From NCBI GenBank assembly GCA_025358525.1, contig JANYJI010000111.1:1-39071 (forward strand): a stretch of DNA of 39,071 nt. The letters run 5' to 3'. Source of the stretch: Chloroflexota bacterium (lineage in GTDB: Bacteria; Chloroflexota; Limnocylindria; Limnocylindrales; CSP1-4). Positions 18,925 through 28,369 of the stretch are shown piece after piece (positions within the stretch are counted from its first letter, which is position 1; the number at the start of each line of letters is the position of its first letter). The position numbers and the translations under genes were made by a program. A model generated the notes under the pieces. It did no database searches. It worked only from the letters and a program-made list of their open reading frames with translations, and had not been told where the DNA came from.

Positions 18925-19102
18925 GACTAGAGGCTGTTCTTTCTACGTGGCGCTGGCTTCCCCCGACGGGAGGGAGAGGGTCTACCAGCCTGAGTAGCCC
19001 GATTGGTCGAGTGGGTCGGAAGCCCTTGGATTGCGACGGCGTTTGTCCAATCCTATTTGCGGTTAGTCCAGTCGCCCCGCCTCGATCCTGGAAAGCGGTA
19101 GC

Positions 19103-19108
19103 AGTATA
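19103..19108 (-). promoter_or_regulatory. Putative -10 (TATACT) for mreBC, implying a ~170-nt leader
   Basis: ggTATACT in the radC-mreB intergenic region. Confidence 0.5.
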
Positions 19109-19242
19109 CCTGCCCGTTCATGGCGGACCTCTTGGAGAGCCTTACCACGCTCGGCGGGCTGCGGCAGTCTACCGCTCCGGCGCAAGTCCTGGCCAATCGG
19201 CCGCGTCCTCGGCGAAATTCGGTCGCTGCTCGCGGCGCCTCG

Positions 19243-19926
19243 TTAGGACGGCCTGTCGAAGGCGATTCCTCGGTCCCGGAGGGAAACGAAGCCGTCCCCG
19301 GCGACGATCAGGTGGTCAAGCAACTGGATGTCCAGGAGGCGTCCGGCGGCGAGGGTTTCGGCCGTCAACCTCAGATCGTCCGGACTTGGCGTGGGGTCGC
19401 CGGACGGGTGGTTGTGGACGAGGATCAAGCCAGTGGCGTTGAGGCGCACGGCATCGCGGAACAACTCACCCACGCGCACCAGGCTGGACGACACGTTGCC
19501 CTGGTACACGGTCACGAGGCGGAGAACAGCGTTGCGAGTGTTCAGCAGGACGACTCGCAGCTCCTCGCGCTCCAGATAGCCCATCTGTGGCACAAGACGT
19601 TCGCCGACGTCGCGTGGCGAGTGGATGATCCAGCGGCCCTGGGGCCAATCTGCGACGACACGGCGGCCTAGCTCGAATGCAGCGCTCAACTGTGCCGCAC
19701 GCACCGGGCCGACGCCTGGGACCGTCTCCAGCTCCACGTCGGTGGCCCGAGCCAGGCCGACGAGCCCCTCGTGACGCCGCAGGGCATCGGCAGCCGCATC
19801 GGCGGCCGTCTTGCCGTGAGATCCGGATCCCCAGAGCACTCCGATCAGCTCGGCGGCACTCAGGGCTGCGGCGCCATGGGCCGCGAGGCGCTCCCGAGGC
19901 CGCTCGTTCTCCGGCAGGCGGCTCAT
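19243..19926 (-). CDS. radC: RadC / JAB-domain (UPF0758) protein
   Basis: LPENERPRERL...G..ALS.AEL, HhH GVG..RA, and JAB metal motif HNHPSGDPTPS.DD; classic radC-mreB-mreC linkage; start set to ATG 19926. Confidence 0.93.
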   Translation of the reverse strand: MSRLPENERPRERLAAHGAAALSAAELIGVLWGSGSHGKTAADAAADALRRHEGLVGLARATDVELETVPGVGPVRAAQLSAAFELGRRVVADWPQGRWIIHSPRDVGERLVPQMGYLEREELRVVLLNTRNAVLRLVTVYQGNVSSSLVRVGELFRDAVRLNATGLILVHNHPSGDPTPSPDDLRLTAETLAAGRLLDIQLLDHLIVAGDGFVSLRDRGIAFDRPS

Positions 19927-20122
19927 CGGCCCTGAGCGTCGTTCCGCGGCTCCCCTGGAGACTCGCCCCTGCCCTTCCTTAACGCAACTCTGACGCACCG
20001 ATTCGAGCCCCGCTATCTTCCGGCGAGCCTAGTACAGCACCTGCTCCCGGAGCCAGACGACGGAAGCCCGCCGATTCCCCCCGCCATCGGGCTCCGGGAA
20101 CGAGCGGAGATTACGCGTTGCC

Positions 20123-20154
20123 GCTTATCAGCCAACCAACTCCGGCTTATCAGC
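20123..20154. promoter_or_regulatory. Direct repeat GCTTATCAGC x2 (22-bp period), candidate operator upstream of radC
   Basis: Identical 10-mers at 20123-20132 and 20145-20154; putative radC -10 TAGGCT at 20026-20031. Confidence 0.35.
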
Positions 20155-20201
20155 TGACCGTGGCCTGGTATCGGCCCACTGCGTACCCGCGGAAGCCTGG
20201 C

Positions 20202-21656
20202 TCAGTAGGACGCGAGGATTCCAAGGATCACGATGAGCGCGTTGTACGAGCCATGCAGCGTCGCCGAGGCGACGAGCGAGCGGCGCCGCATATAGATCCA
20301 CGTCAGAGCGATGGCTACCGGGATGCGGACCGCCATGTTGAAGACGGCGGCCCGAAAGGAGAGGCCGGCGTTTGTGCTCGTGACGTTGATCACGTGAACG
20401 GTGGCGAAGAAGAGGGCGCCGCGCAAGATCGTGGAATTGCGACTCAGCGATCGGCCCCAGGCGTTCGTGGCAAAGCCTCGGTAGAAGATCTCCTCACCCA
20501 GCGGGACAAGGATTGCCACGGCGAGCATCGTGATCCATCGCTCAAAGTCGGTGACTGTCGTGGTTACGGGGGAACTGATGTCGCTTTCGTGCAGCCCGAG
20601 AGCCACGGACAGCAGCGCCGACAGAAGGACCGAGACGAAGAACAGCGGCAGGAGCATGGCCAGTGCCAGGAGGATGTCGCCGGCGGCGCCCAAGGCGATT
20701 CTCGACCGCCAGCTTTGCACCCGCCGACCCAACGCGTCCACGAACTCCGGTTCCTGAGGCGCGGCCGCCCAGTCGTCCTGGCTGGGAGCCAGCCGCCGCG
20801 GCCTGACGATGTCCCGCCAGGTCAGAGCGCCGGTCTTCACGACAATGAAGTGGACAACACCGACGTAAGCCGTCAGGTACAGGAGGACGTGCAGCATCGT
20901 GGAGTCGGCTGTCCCCAAGCGGACTCCGGCCTGTGCGAGGCCGTACTCGAGAGGCAAGGAGAGGCCGGTGATTAGCGCCAAAAGCGCCCCTCCAACCAGA
21001 AGAGGCGCGGGCCCTGCGTAGTCATTCCAGCCGTCCGCCCTGCGCTGGCGTGCCTGGGCGAGCGAGGCACCGAACAAGCCGACGGCCGCCACGACGCTGA
21101 TCGCCTCGACCAGCAGCGAGGTTGGGATCGGCGCCCCTCGGAAACTGATGCCTGAGCGAGCCCCTATCTCTAGGAAGAGCAGGGCAGCCAAACCGGGCAC
21201 GCCCAGAATCAGACTCAACAGGTACAAGCGGGGGGACGCGCGACCTCGGAGGGATAGAAACGAGCGGCGCGACACCGGGTGGAAGTTGCCGGGTGACTCA
21301 AGGACGGGGGCAACGGGTGGCGCTGATGAGTAGCCCCACGGCACGAATCCGGGCGGCCAGGCAGCGGGTGCGGCTGCATATCGGTATGGCCACGCACTGG
21401 GCGGCTGCCACGCACTGGGCGGCCAGCCTGCGGCCGGCGTTGGGCCTGTAGATCGATCGTTGAAGGGCCGCGGCTCGAGGTCCGGGCCTGGATCAGCCGC
21501 GGGCTGGTCCGCTTTGCTGCAGGGCGGCCGTGCCCGATCGGCGAGCGTGGAGCTTGGCCCTCCGGCCCCAAATGGTTCGGGGTTAGGCGCACTTGCACCA
21601 CTGCCTCGGTCGAAGCTCTCGCCCTCCCCTTCGGGTGCCCGCCGATCATCGGCCAT
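20202..21656 (-). CDS. CPBP (CAAX protease/Abi)-family intramembrane glutamic endopeptidase with a Pro-rich N-terminal extension
   Basis: P..EEIFYRG, F...HV and H..YN motifs in the C-terminal TM domain. Confidence 0.88.
   Translation of the reverse strand: MADDRRAPEGEGESFDRGSGASAPNPEPFGAGGPSSTLADRARPPCSKADQPAADPGPDLEPRPFNDRSTGPTPAAGWPPSAWQPPSAWPYRYAAAPAAWPPGFVPWGYSSAPPVAPVLESPGNFHPVSRRSFLSLRGRASPRLYLLSLILGVPGLAALLFLEIGARSGISFRGAPIPTSLLVEAISVVAAVGLFGASLAQARQRRADGWNDYAGPAPLLVGGALLALITGLSLPLEYGLAQAGVRLGTADSTMLHVLLYLTAYVGVVHFIVVKTGALTWRDIVRPRRLAPSQDDWAAAPQEPEFVDALGRRVQSWRSRIALGAAGDILLALAMLLPLFFVSVLLSALLSVALGLHESDISSPVTTTVTDFERWITMLAVAILVPLGEEIFYRGFATNAWGRSLSRNSTILRGALFFATVHVINVTSTNAGLSFRAAVFNMAVRIPVAIALTWIYMRRRSLVASATLHGSYNALIVILGILASY
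21389..21423. repeat. 18-bp tandem duplication (PPSAW units)
   Basis: GCCACGCACTGGGCGGC(T) x2. Confidence 0.85.
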
Positions 21657-21689
21657 GAGGCGCTATCGAACCTCCGGAGGAACGAAGCC

Positions 21690-22286
21690 TCAGCCGCCAG
21701 CGGCAGGCTTGGTGTTGGTGATCCTACCGCGCGCGCGATGGCCCGGTAATACCCGGTCGACACTGCCGGGCACTGCCGCACCCGCGCCTTCGGGGATGGC
21801 GACGGGGCGTTCGAAGTCCTTGCCGCACCAGGCGCAGAGGGTCCAGTCGAGGCCCACCAGGCGTTCGCAGTTCGGGCAAACGCGATTGAGGCGAGCCCGG
21901 CACCACGGACAGAGGATCCATTCCTCCTGGACGCGCCGATCACACCCGCGGCAAGTCTTGATTGCCTCCACTTCGGCCAGGAGAGCTTCTTCCGCAAGGT
22001 TCCGCTCGTAGACCTCGCCCAGCCGTTCGGCCGGCCGGATGACCCGGTATACGATCACTCCGAAAACGAAGAAGAACGGGGTGAAGACGATTATCAGACC
22101 GGAGGCCAGGTAGGGAAGGACCGGGTTCTCGGTCCTATCGTGCATGTCGCGGAAGGCCCAGTACGCCGCGGCAAGCCAGACGAGGAAGAGGTACAGGACA
22201 ATCGAGTACAGGACCAGCTGGACGACAGCGCTCCCGAAGAACGCGCCGAAGGCGTTCCCCACCTGGCCGGCTAGATCGGTTGGCAT
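21690..22286 (-). CDS. Membrane protein with a double zinc ribbon (DZR)
   Basis: Two N-terminal TM segments, then CRGC..CPWC..CPNC..CAWC; TACACT -10 at 22351-22356. Confidence 0.85.
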   Translation of the reverse strand: MPTDLAGQVGNAFGAFFGSAVVQLVLYSIVLYLFLVWLAAAYWAFRDMHDRTENPVLPYLASGLIIVFTPFFFVFGVIVYRVIRPAERLGEVYERNLAEEALLAEVEAIKTCRGCDRRVQEEWILCPWCRARLNRVCPNCERLVGLDWTLCAWCGKDFERPVAIPEGAGAAVPGSVDRVLPGHRARGRITNTKPAAGG

Positions 22287-22493
22287 TGCGTCTGTTCTCT
22301 CTCGACTCGGCCCCAGGAGGCTTGTGCCGTCGCTCCGAAAGGCGTTGGGCAGTGTACCAGGCTGGCCTTCGAAGCCGGCCCGTTGATGCCTGGCTGTGAC
22401 GCGGTAGCTCGATCGGAGGTGACGGCCGGGCAGTCGTGCGAGCCTTCGGCCGCCCGGATCGAACCCGACTCTCCGACTGGGTAGGCGGGCTGT

Positions 22494-23762
22494 CTACTGG
22501 GGCTTAGGGGCTGGCTCGGACGGGACGATGAGGGCGACGACCGATCCGGCTACAAGGAGGACTGCGGCGACCAGCAGGATGACTATGCCCAAGCCGTATC
22601 CAAATGACGACGGCAAGGTCACGTATAGGAGCACGACACCCAGATAGAGGCCGCCAAGGATCATCGGCAGGACGAGGTCCGTGACTCTGGCGATGACCGA
22701 TGCGAGCTTCGGCAGTTCGAGCTGGACACGGTTGCTGCCGGCGATGCCGCCCAGCACGAGGGCCGTGATCAGGAGTAGTGGAATTCCGGCCGGCATGTCA
22801 AAGGCCCACTTGTTGGTGGTCACGTTCCCGCCGGCCAAGCTGGTCGTACCCACGCCTATGCCAGTCGCGCCTGTCCAGGGCAGGAAGAAGCTGGCGATCC
22901 CGAGAGCGGCCCCGGCCACGCTGAGCCCGAAGGCCACCAGCTCCTGCACCGACTCCTTGCGGTCTGACTTGACTTCAGGCTGAGCAGATGCTCCGGCAGG
23001 CGGCTGCTCGGTCTTTGCGGGTTCGACGGGGAATGCGCCAGGCCAGGTCGATGGGACCGATGGGGCCGACGGGTCAACCTGGGCAGGGTCCTTTCCAAAG
23101 GCAGGCGAGCGCATGTTTGACGCGGAAATCGGAACGGCTCCGACTGAGAGGCTTGGGCTCGAGCCCGGGCGGCGCGCCCCGAGGCCCGATGTACTCGACG
23201 GCTGCAGCGTCCAGGGCGAAGGTGGGGAACCGCCAGCCGGTGGTAGGTAGCCGCCGGGGATGCGGCCTGCCCCGTCGGCTCCGCGTTCAGCGATGGGTGC
23301 CTTGTCGCGCCCGGGCGTAGGCCCCGGCTCGAACGTGGAGCCTGGCGTGACGGGCCGGCCGAAGGGCGGCCTGGACGGTTCGGCGAGGCTTCCGGGCGGG
23401 GCGGGCGTGAGGTCCGGGGCCAGGCCCAGTGCCACGGGTGCCACGGGTGCCACGGGTGCCGGCCGGCTCAGTCCGAGAGCTGCCAGCCGAGGGTCGACGG
23501 CCTGGGGTGCGGGCCTTTTGGCAGCCGGTGCGCGCTCGACCGCCGATCCTGCACGGGCTGCGCCACGAGACGCGCCTTTGGACAGAGGTATCGAGGTGTG
23601 TTGGGCCAGGCCCTGCGGAGAGCCAACAGGGGCTCCTGCCTCAGGCGATGCCGGGTCTGCCGCGGCCCGGGCGCCCGTCAGCGATGCTCCGCAGTTGGGG
23701 CAGAATGCCTGGCCGGGCAGGACTGGAGATGTGCAACTCGGACAGCGCGTCGATTCGACCAC
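22494..23762 (-). CDS. Zinc-ribbon / Pro-rich linker / 4-TM membrane protein
   Basis: CPSC..FCPNCG at the N-terminus, long Pro/Ala/Ser linker, four C-terminal TM helices; GGAGG SD before GTG 23762. Confidence 0.75.
   Translation of the reverse strand: MVESTRCPSCTSPVLPGQAFCPNCGASLTGARAAADPASPEAGAPVGSPQGLAQHTSIPLSKGASRGAARAGSAVERAPAAKRPAPQAVDPRLAALGLSRPAPVAPVAPVALGLAPDLTPAPPGSLAEPSRPPFGRPVTPGSTFEPGPTPGRDKAPIAERGADGAGRIPGGYLPPAGGSPPSPWTLQPSSTSGLGARRPGSSPSLSVGAVPISASNMRSPAFGKDPAQVDPSAPSVPSTWPGAFPVEPAKTEQPPAGASAQPEVKSDRKESVQELVAFGLSVAGAALGIASFFLPWTGATGIGVGTTSLAGGNVTTNKWAFDMPAGIPLLLITALVLGGIAGSNRVQLELPKLASVIARVTDLVLPMILGGLYLGVVLLYVTLPSSFGYGLGIVILLVAAVLLVAGSVVALIVPSEPAPKPQ
23429..23460. repeat. 9-bp tandem repeat (PVA units)
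   Basis: GTGCCACGG x3.5. Confidence 0.85.
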
Positions 23763-23836
23763 GCGGATCCTCCGCCTATACGTCCGCGGCACCCTCGGCC
23801 GCGCAATACCGAGGTTTCCCGCGGCGATCCTCTACG

Positions 23837-24916
23837 TCAATGGCCAGATGTCGCTGGCCCTATCTCCGATAGTCCCAATTGCGATTCTGACGGCTTGCCG
23901 ACCGGCCGTGAAGTGGCCTCTGCAACCTCGCCCGTAAGGGCCGCGCTTCTCCAGGCCGAGGCCATGCCTGCCAAAGTCGAGGCGGCAACCCAGGCGACGC
24001 CGACTGCGAGGGCGGCAAGCAAGAATACGGCGGTCCTGAAGTCACGTGTCGTGCTGAACTGGCCGATGGCCAGGCTCAAAGGGATTGGCTGTTGGGTCCT
24101 GGCCGCGACTCGGAACCAGTCGAAGGCGACGGCGGTCAGACCGAGGCCGGCCGCCATGGCCAGCGCGCTTGCGAGGTAGGAGAGGAGCACCGTCGCGGCC
24201 GACGTCACCGGTCGACGGACCAACTGGAGGACGGCACCCCCGATAGCTCGCCAGATTCCGCAGCCGGTCAGCACCAGCCGGCGAACAGCAATGGCGCCGA
24301 TCGTTTCCTCCAGCAGCCAGACCACCATGACGACGGCCACAGCGTCGGTCGCGGCCAATACCGTTCGCACAGGCAGAGGCACCGCCAGGTTGGACGGGAT
24401 CGTCAACTCGTTGTAGGCCGCGGTGTAGATCCTCGAGCCAGCCCAAGCCAGGGCTATGGCCAGCGGCACGAGGCAGATGGCTCGTATGCCTGCCAGGCCG
24501 AGGAGTTGCTCGAGGCGGGGAGGCGGGCGCGGACTCCGCAGCGATCGACCGTTCGGGTTGAGCGCGGTCTCGATCAGCCACACGTCGATCAGCGATCCGA
24601 CGACCATTGCCGCCAGAAGCCAGACCGCCGCCAAGACGGAGACGATGGCCACCAGCTCGAAGAAGGGCGGCATGGGCCGTCCGTCGATGCCAAAGGCGTT
24701 GACCCCCACCGCGCCGGCCAGGCCGATGACTGAGGGCAAGACCGCGCTCGGTACGGCGAGCACGACTATCCCGCCCCGGAGCATGAAGCCGGCCAATGCG
24801 ACCACGACCACGTCGCGGCCGGAGAGGCCGAAAGCCAGTGCGCGCCGCATCCGTCCGGGCCAGCCGAGGCGGGCCCGGACGGACATTGCTGCCTGAAGTT
24901 CCGACGCCTCAGCCAC
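23837..24916 (-). CDS. Hypothetical polytopic membrane protein
   Basis: About 6 hydrophobic segments; GTG start 1 nt after the UPF0182 stop (translational coupling). Confidence 0.7.
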   Translation of the reverse strand: MAEASELQAAMSVRARLGWPGRMRRALAFGLSGRDVVVVALAGFMLRGGIVVLAVPSAVLPSVIGLAGAVGVNAFGIDGRPMPPFFELVAIVSVLAAVWLLAAMVVGSLIDVWLIETALNPNGRSLRSPRPPPRLEQLLGLAGIRAICLVPLAIALAWAGSRIYTAAYNELTIPSNLAVPLPVRTVLAATDAVAVVMVVWLLEETIGAIAVRRLVLTGCGIWRAIGGAVLQLVRRPVTSAATVLLSYLASALAMAAGLGLTAVAFDWFRVAARTQQPIPLSLAIGQFSTTRDFRTAVFLLAALAVGVAWVAASTLAGMASAWRSAALTGEVAEATSRPVGKPSESQLGLSEIGPATSGH

Positions 24917-24917
24917 G

Positions 24918-27900
24918 CTACTTCGTGGTTGGCGCCGGTGTGCCGAGCACCGTCTGGAGCTGCGTCAGCAGCTGCCCTACGGTGTCCATCTCGTGCGAGT
25001 AGGTCGGCAAATCGCCGTTGCGAAGTGCGGTCTGCGCCGCCTGGTAGTGCTGGCTGGCCTGGGCGATCAGTTGCTGAGCGCTTCCGCTGAGCGAGACGCT
25101 AGGCAGTGGAGTCGGCGACCCGGGCGCCGTCGACGTTGGGACCGCCTGGCTGGGAAGGGCGGACGCTCCGGGAACGGGCGAGCCGGTCGGAGCCGTGGCG
25201 CCCTGGCCGGCGTAAATCTGGCTGAGGGCCCCCTGCAGATTGTCAGCCCAGACGATCTGCGTGGGCGTGCCCACGATGACCTTCTGGAAGACAGGCAAGG
25301 GGTTGTTGGCGGCCTGCAGGTAGACAGGTTGGATGTATAGGAGCGAATCCTGGAGCGGGATCACCAGCAGGTTGCCCATGATGACGCTGCTGTTGACCTG
25401 GCCCCACAGCGTGATCTGCTGGCTTATGTCCCGGTTCTGGGCTATCAGCGACTCGATCTGCTCCGGTCCGAAAACGTTGGAGTTGCGGGGGAAGTCGAAG
25501 ACGCTGACCTGGCCGTATTTGGCCGGATCGTTGTGGGCGGCCACCCAGGCGATCATGTTCTGCCGCCCCTGGAGGGTCATCGGCTGCAGAAGCACGAACT
25601 CGGGGTTGGGTTCACCGGGAACGCGCATCTGAACGTAGTAGGCCTCGAGGCCGAGCTGTGTCTGGCCTTTGCCGGAGTCGGTATCGCCGGTTGGCGGTAG
25701 GCGCCAGACGTCGTTGCCCTGATAGAAGACGCTCGGCTCAGTGACGTGATAGCGGGTGTACTGCGCCGTCTGGGCGTTGAACATGTCTTCGGGGTAGCGG
25801 AGATGGCCGACGTTGGTCGCGTCGCCGCGGATGTCGGCCGGCATCTGGGAGATGGGCTTGAAGAGGTTGGGGAACACGCCCGACCAGGCTTTGATGATCG
25901 GGTCTGTGGAATCGGCGACGTAGAAACTCATCGTCCCGGCATAGGCGTCCATGACGACCTTGACGCTGTTTCGGACGTAGTTGAAGGGCTCGCCGGCCAG
26001 CCCGCTCTTGCTACCCGGGTCGTAGGTGTTCGCGTCGGGGAAGAAGCCGCTGGTTGTGAAGGCATCCTGGACGTAGGCCAGGCGGCCGCTCGAGGTCACG
26101 ACCATGTACGGGTCCTTGTCGTACCGGAGGAACGGTGCAATGGCCTTGGTTCGTTCCTGGATCGAGCGATTGAAGAGGAGCTGGCTGCTGCCCGTGACCT
26201 GGCTGCTGATAAGCATGTTCAGGTCACCGAAGCGAGCTGCGAAGAGCAGCTTGGCGAGCGGCGTGTCGAGCTTGACCCCGGACTTGCCGCTCCACGTCGT
26301 GAACTGGTCGCAGCCCTGGCAGGCGGCCGAGGGATAGTCGAATTCCTGGCTGGCGGCGTTGACGATCACGTAATTGCTCGACTGCGTGCCGAAGTAAATG
26401 CGGGGCTCTGTGATCTTCGGTGCGCCCGGGGCTGAGCTGGGCGGGAAGTCCTTGATAAGCAGAGCCGGCTGGCCTCCGGGCTGGACCTCGTTGACCGGGG
26501 TCATCACCAGGCCGTAGCCGTGGGTGTAGGTGATGTGCTGGTTGACCCAGGACTGGTCGCCCTTGGTGAGCTTGGCCAGCTGGTCGGCGTCCAGCTCGCG
26601 GCCCGCGATCATGACCTGTCGCACGCAGGGTGCCGCCGACGGAGCGCAACTCTTGGCGTCGGTGAAGACGTAGCGATCGGTGTCGACATCGAAGAATTTG
26701 TAGTACTGGCGGACGACCTGCAGACCGTCGAGCGTCTTGGCGAGCGGGCGGTAGTCCCATAGCCGGACGTTCTGGATGGTCGAGGACTCGCCTTCCACGG
26801 TGGCTTGAGTGACTGTTTGACCGGGCGTGTATGTAGTGCCGCCCCAGCCGCCCAGATTGAAGCCGAGCCTGGTCATATCGATGTTGTTCTGGATATACGG
26901 CGATTCCTGGGCCTGCTGGTTGGGAATGACAGACAATCGCTGTACGAGCTGCGGATAGCCATAGTCGACAATGGCGAAGGCGCCAATCCAGACGATGACC
27001 GTCAGGACGAGGGGGACTCGCCAGCGGGTGTAGGCGAAGCCGAGAATGAAGCAGCCTACGAATGCCGAGATGACGGTCATGACGTTGATGGCGAGCATCT
27101 GGGCGTTGGCGTCGGCGAAGCTGACGCCTTGGAAGAAGCCACTCGTGTTGCTGTAAACGAGTTCGTAGCGGTCGAGCTGCAGGCCTACGGCCCCCGACCA
27201 TAGGTAGAGCATCGCCAGGAGACCGAGGTGCACCCGGGTCGAGGTCGGCATCGATGCCCCCGAGATCACCGCAACCAGATACCTGATGCCCACAAGCGCG
27301 AGCGACGCGAGCAGCAGCCCGCTTACGTACGACTGGATCAGCCGGTAGAAGGGCCGCTCAAAGAGGAAAAAGGATATGTCGAGGTGGAAGGTGGGGTCGG
27401 TCTGGCCGAATGGTGTTCGGTGCAGGAAGAGCTGAATCGTGTCCCAGCCGCCGTTGGCCATTGCGCCCATGCCCAAGGCGATGAGAGTGGCGATGCCTAG
27501 CAGGGTCCAGAACACAGGGCGGCCCAGATCCGGGACCTGGACGGCGTTCGATGACCCGCCGACCGTGCGAGTCCGAGGGCGGCTGAATGGGCTGGAGCCA
27601 AACTCACTGCCCGTATAGCGCTCGAGGTTGAAGCGATCGAGGAAGTCGTCCAGCGAGAACCGGCGCAGCTGGCCCTTGGGAATGAAGTGTCCGGCCAACC
27701 TCAAGTTGACCCAGAAGAAGACAAAGGCGAGCAGCCCACCGACGACGAAGAAGAGGATCTGTGACCCGATCCGAGTCGAGAAGACATCGCCGTAGCCGAC
27801 GCTGTTGAACCACATCCCGTCGGTGATCAATCCGACCGTCAGGGTGAAGATCGAGGCCAGGACCAGGAGGCCGACCACGCCGACACCCAGCGCGATCCAG

Positions 27901-28268
27901 CCCTTGGTCAGGTGAAACTCGGGGAGGTCAGCCGACGGTCCACCCGGACCACGTCGGGAGCCCCGGCCGCCACGTTCAAAAATCGACCATGGACTGCGGT
28001 CATCGCCCGATGGACCCTCGCCCGATGGACCCTCGCCCGCAGGACCCTCGCCCGCCGGACTCTCGTGGCGATCGGCGTCGTCCGATCCGGAGCCGTTTGA
28101 CCTCACCGTGTCTTCCTCCCGTGGCCCTTCGCTGGATCTGGCAGTTTCGTGGCGATCGTCGGCGCCAGTGGCGTCGGTCGACCTGGCCTTGGGCTGCTTG
28201 TTGGCGTCGTCGCGCGCAGCCTGCCGGCGGCGCAGCTCCTCCATGAACTCTTCAAACATGTTCGGCAT
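24918..28268 (-). CDS. UPF0182-family membrane protein
   Basis: D.MWF.SVGY..VF, TDP.F..DISFF.F..PFY, E.PYI..NI..TR, N.RLWD, W.N.H..YTHGYG, AP.L..D.DPY, NYVRNSVK, HLRYPED.F, GNLL..P....LLY..PVY motifs. Confidence 0.93.
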   Translation of the reverse strand: MPNMFEEFMEELRRRQAARDDANKQPKARSTDATGADDRHETARSSEGPREEDTVRSNGSGSDDADRHESPAGEGPAGEGPSGEGPSGDDRSPWSIFERGGRGSRRGPGGPSADLPEFHLTKGWIALGVGVVGLLVLASIFTLTVGLITDGMWFNSVGYGDVFSTRIGSQILFFVVGGLLAFVFFWVNLRLAGHFIPKGQLRRFSLDDFLDRFNLERYTGSEFGSSPFSRPRTRTVGGSSNAVQVPDLGRPVFWTLLGIATLIALGMGAMANGGWDTIQLFLHRTPFGQTDPTFHLDISFFLFERPFYRLIQSYVSGLLLASLALVGIRYLVAVISGASMPTSTRVHLGLLAMLYLWSGAVGLQLDRYELVYSNTSGFFQGVSFADANAQMLAINVMTVISAFVGCFILGFAYTRWRVPLVLTVIVWIGAFAIVDYGYPQLVQRLSVIPNQQAQESPYIQNNIDMTRLGFNLGGWGGTTYTPGQTVTQATVEGESSTIQNVRLWDYRPLAKTLDGLQVVRQYYKFFDVDTDRYVFTDAKSCAPSAAPCVRQVMIAGRELDADQLAKLTKGDQSWVNQHITYTHGYGLVMTPVNEVQPGGQPALLIKDFPPSSAPGAPKITEPRIYFGTQSSNYVIVNAASQEFDYPSAACQGCDQFTTWSGKSGVKLDTPLAKLLFAARFGDLNMLISSQVTGSSQLLFNRSIQERTKAIAPFLRYDKDPYMVVTSSGRLAYVQDAFTTSGFFPDANTYDPGSKSGLAGEPFNYVRNSVKVVMDAYAGTMSFYVADSTDPIIKAWSGVFPNLFKPISQMPADIRGDATNVGHLRYPEDMFNAQTAQYTRYHVTEPSVFYQGNDVWRLPPTGDTDSGKGQTQLGLEAYYVQMRVPGEPNPEFVLLQPMTLQGRQNMIAWVAAHNDPAKYGQVSVFDFPRNSNVFGPEQIESLIAQNRDISQQITLWGQVNSSVIMGNLLVIPLQDSLLYIQPVYLQAANNPLPVFQKVIVGTPTQIVWADNLQGALSQIYAGQGATAPTGSPVPGASALPSQAVPTSTAPGSPTPLPSVSLSGSAQQLIAQASQHYQAAQTALRNGDLPTYSHEMDTVGQLLTQLQTVLGTPAPTTK
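28003..28062. repeat. 15-bp tandem repeat x4 (GEGPS/GEGPA units) in the UPF0182 N-terminal extension
   Basis: TCGCCCGATGGACCC x2 plus two variant copies. Confidence 0.85.
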
Positions 28269-28274
28269 GAGGCG

Positions 28275-28280
28275 AGTCTA
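28275..28280 (-). promoter_or_regulatory. Leaderless-type -10 (TAGACT-N6-ATG) of the UPF0182 gene
   Basis: gcTAGACT exactly 6 nt before ATG 28268; no SD. Confidence 0.6.
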
Positions 28281-28369
28281 GCGACCGGCGCCCAATCGGG
28301 ATACGGGCGGCAGTTGCCCAGGTTGCCGCCAGGGACTGGCTCGGCCGATCTGCTCGCTCTTTGATCTCG

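Noticed and set aside
19243-19926. RadC/JAB as part of a CBASS-like or mobile-element system
   Set aside because: Full-length chromosomal RadC in its classic position upstream of mreBC; no E1/E2, cyclase or mobile genes nearby
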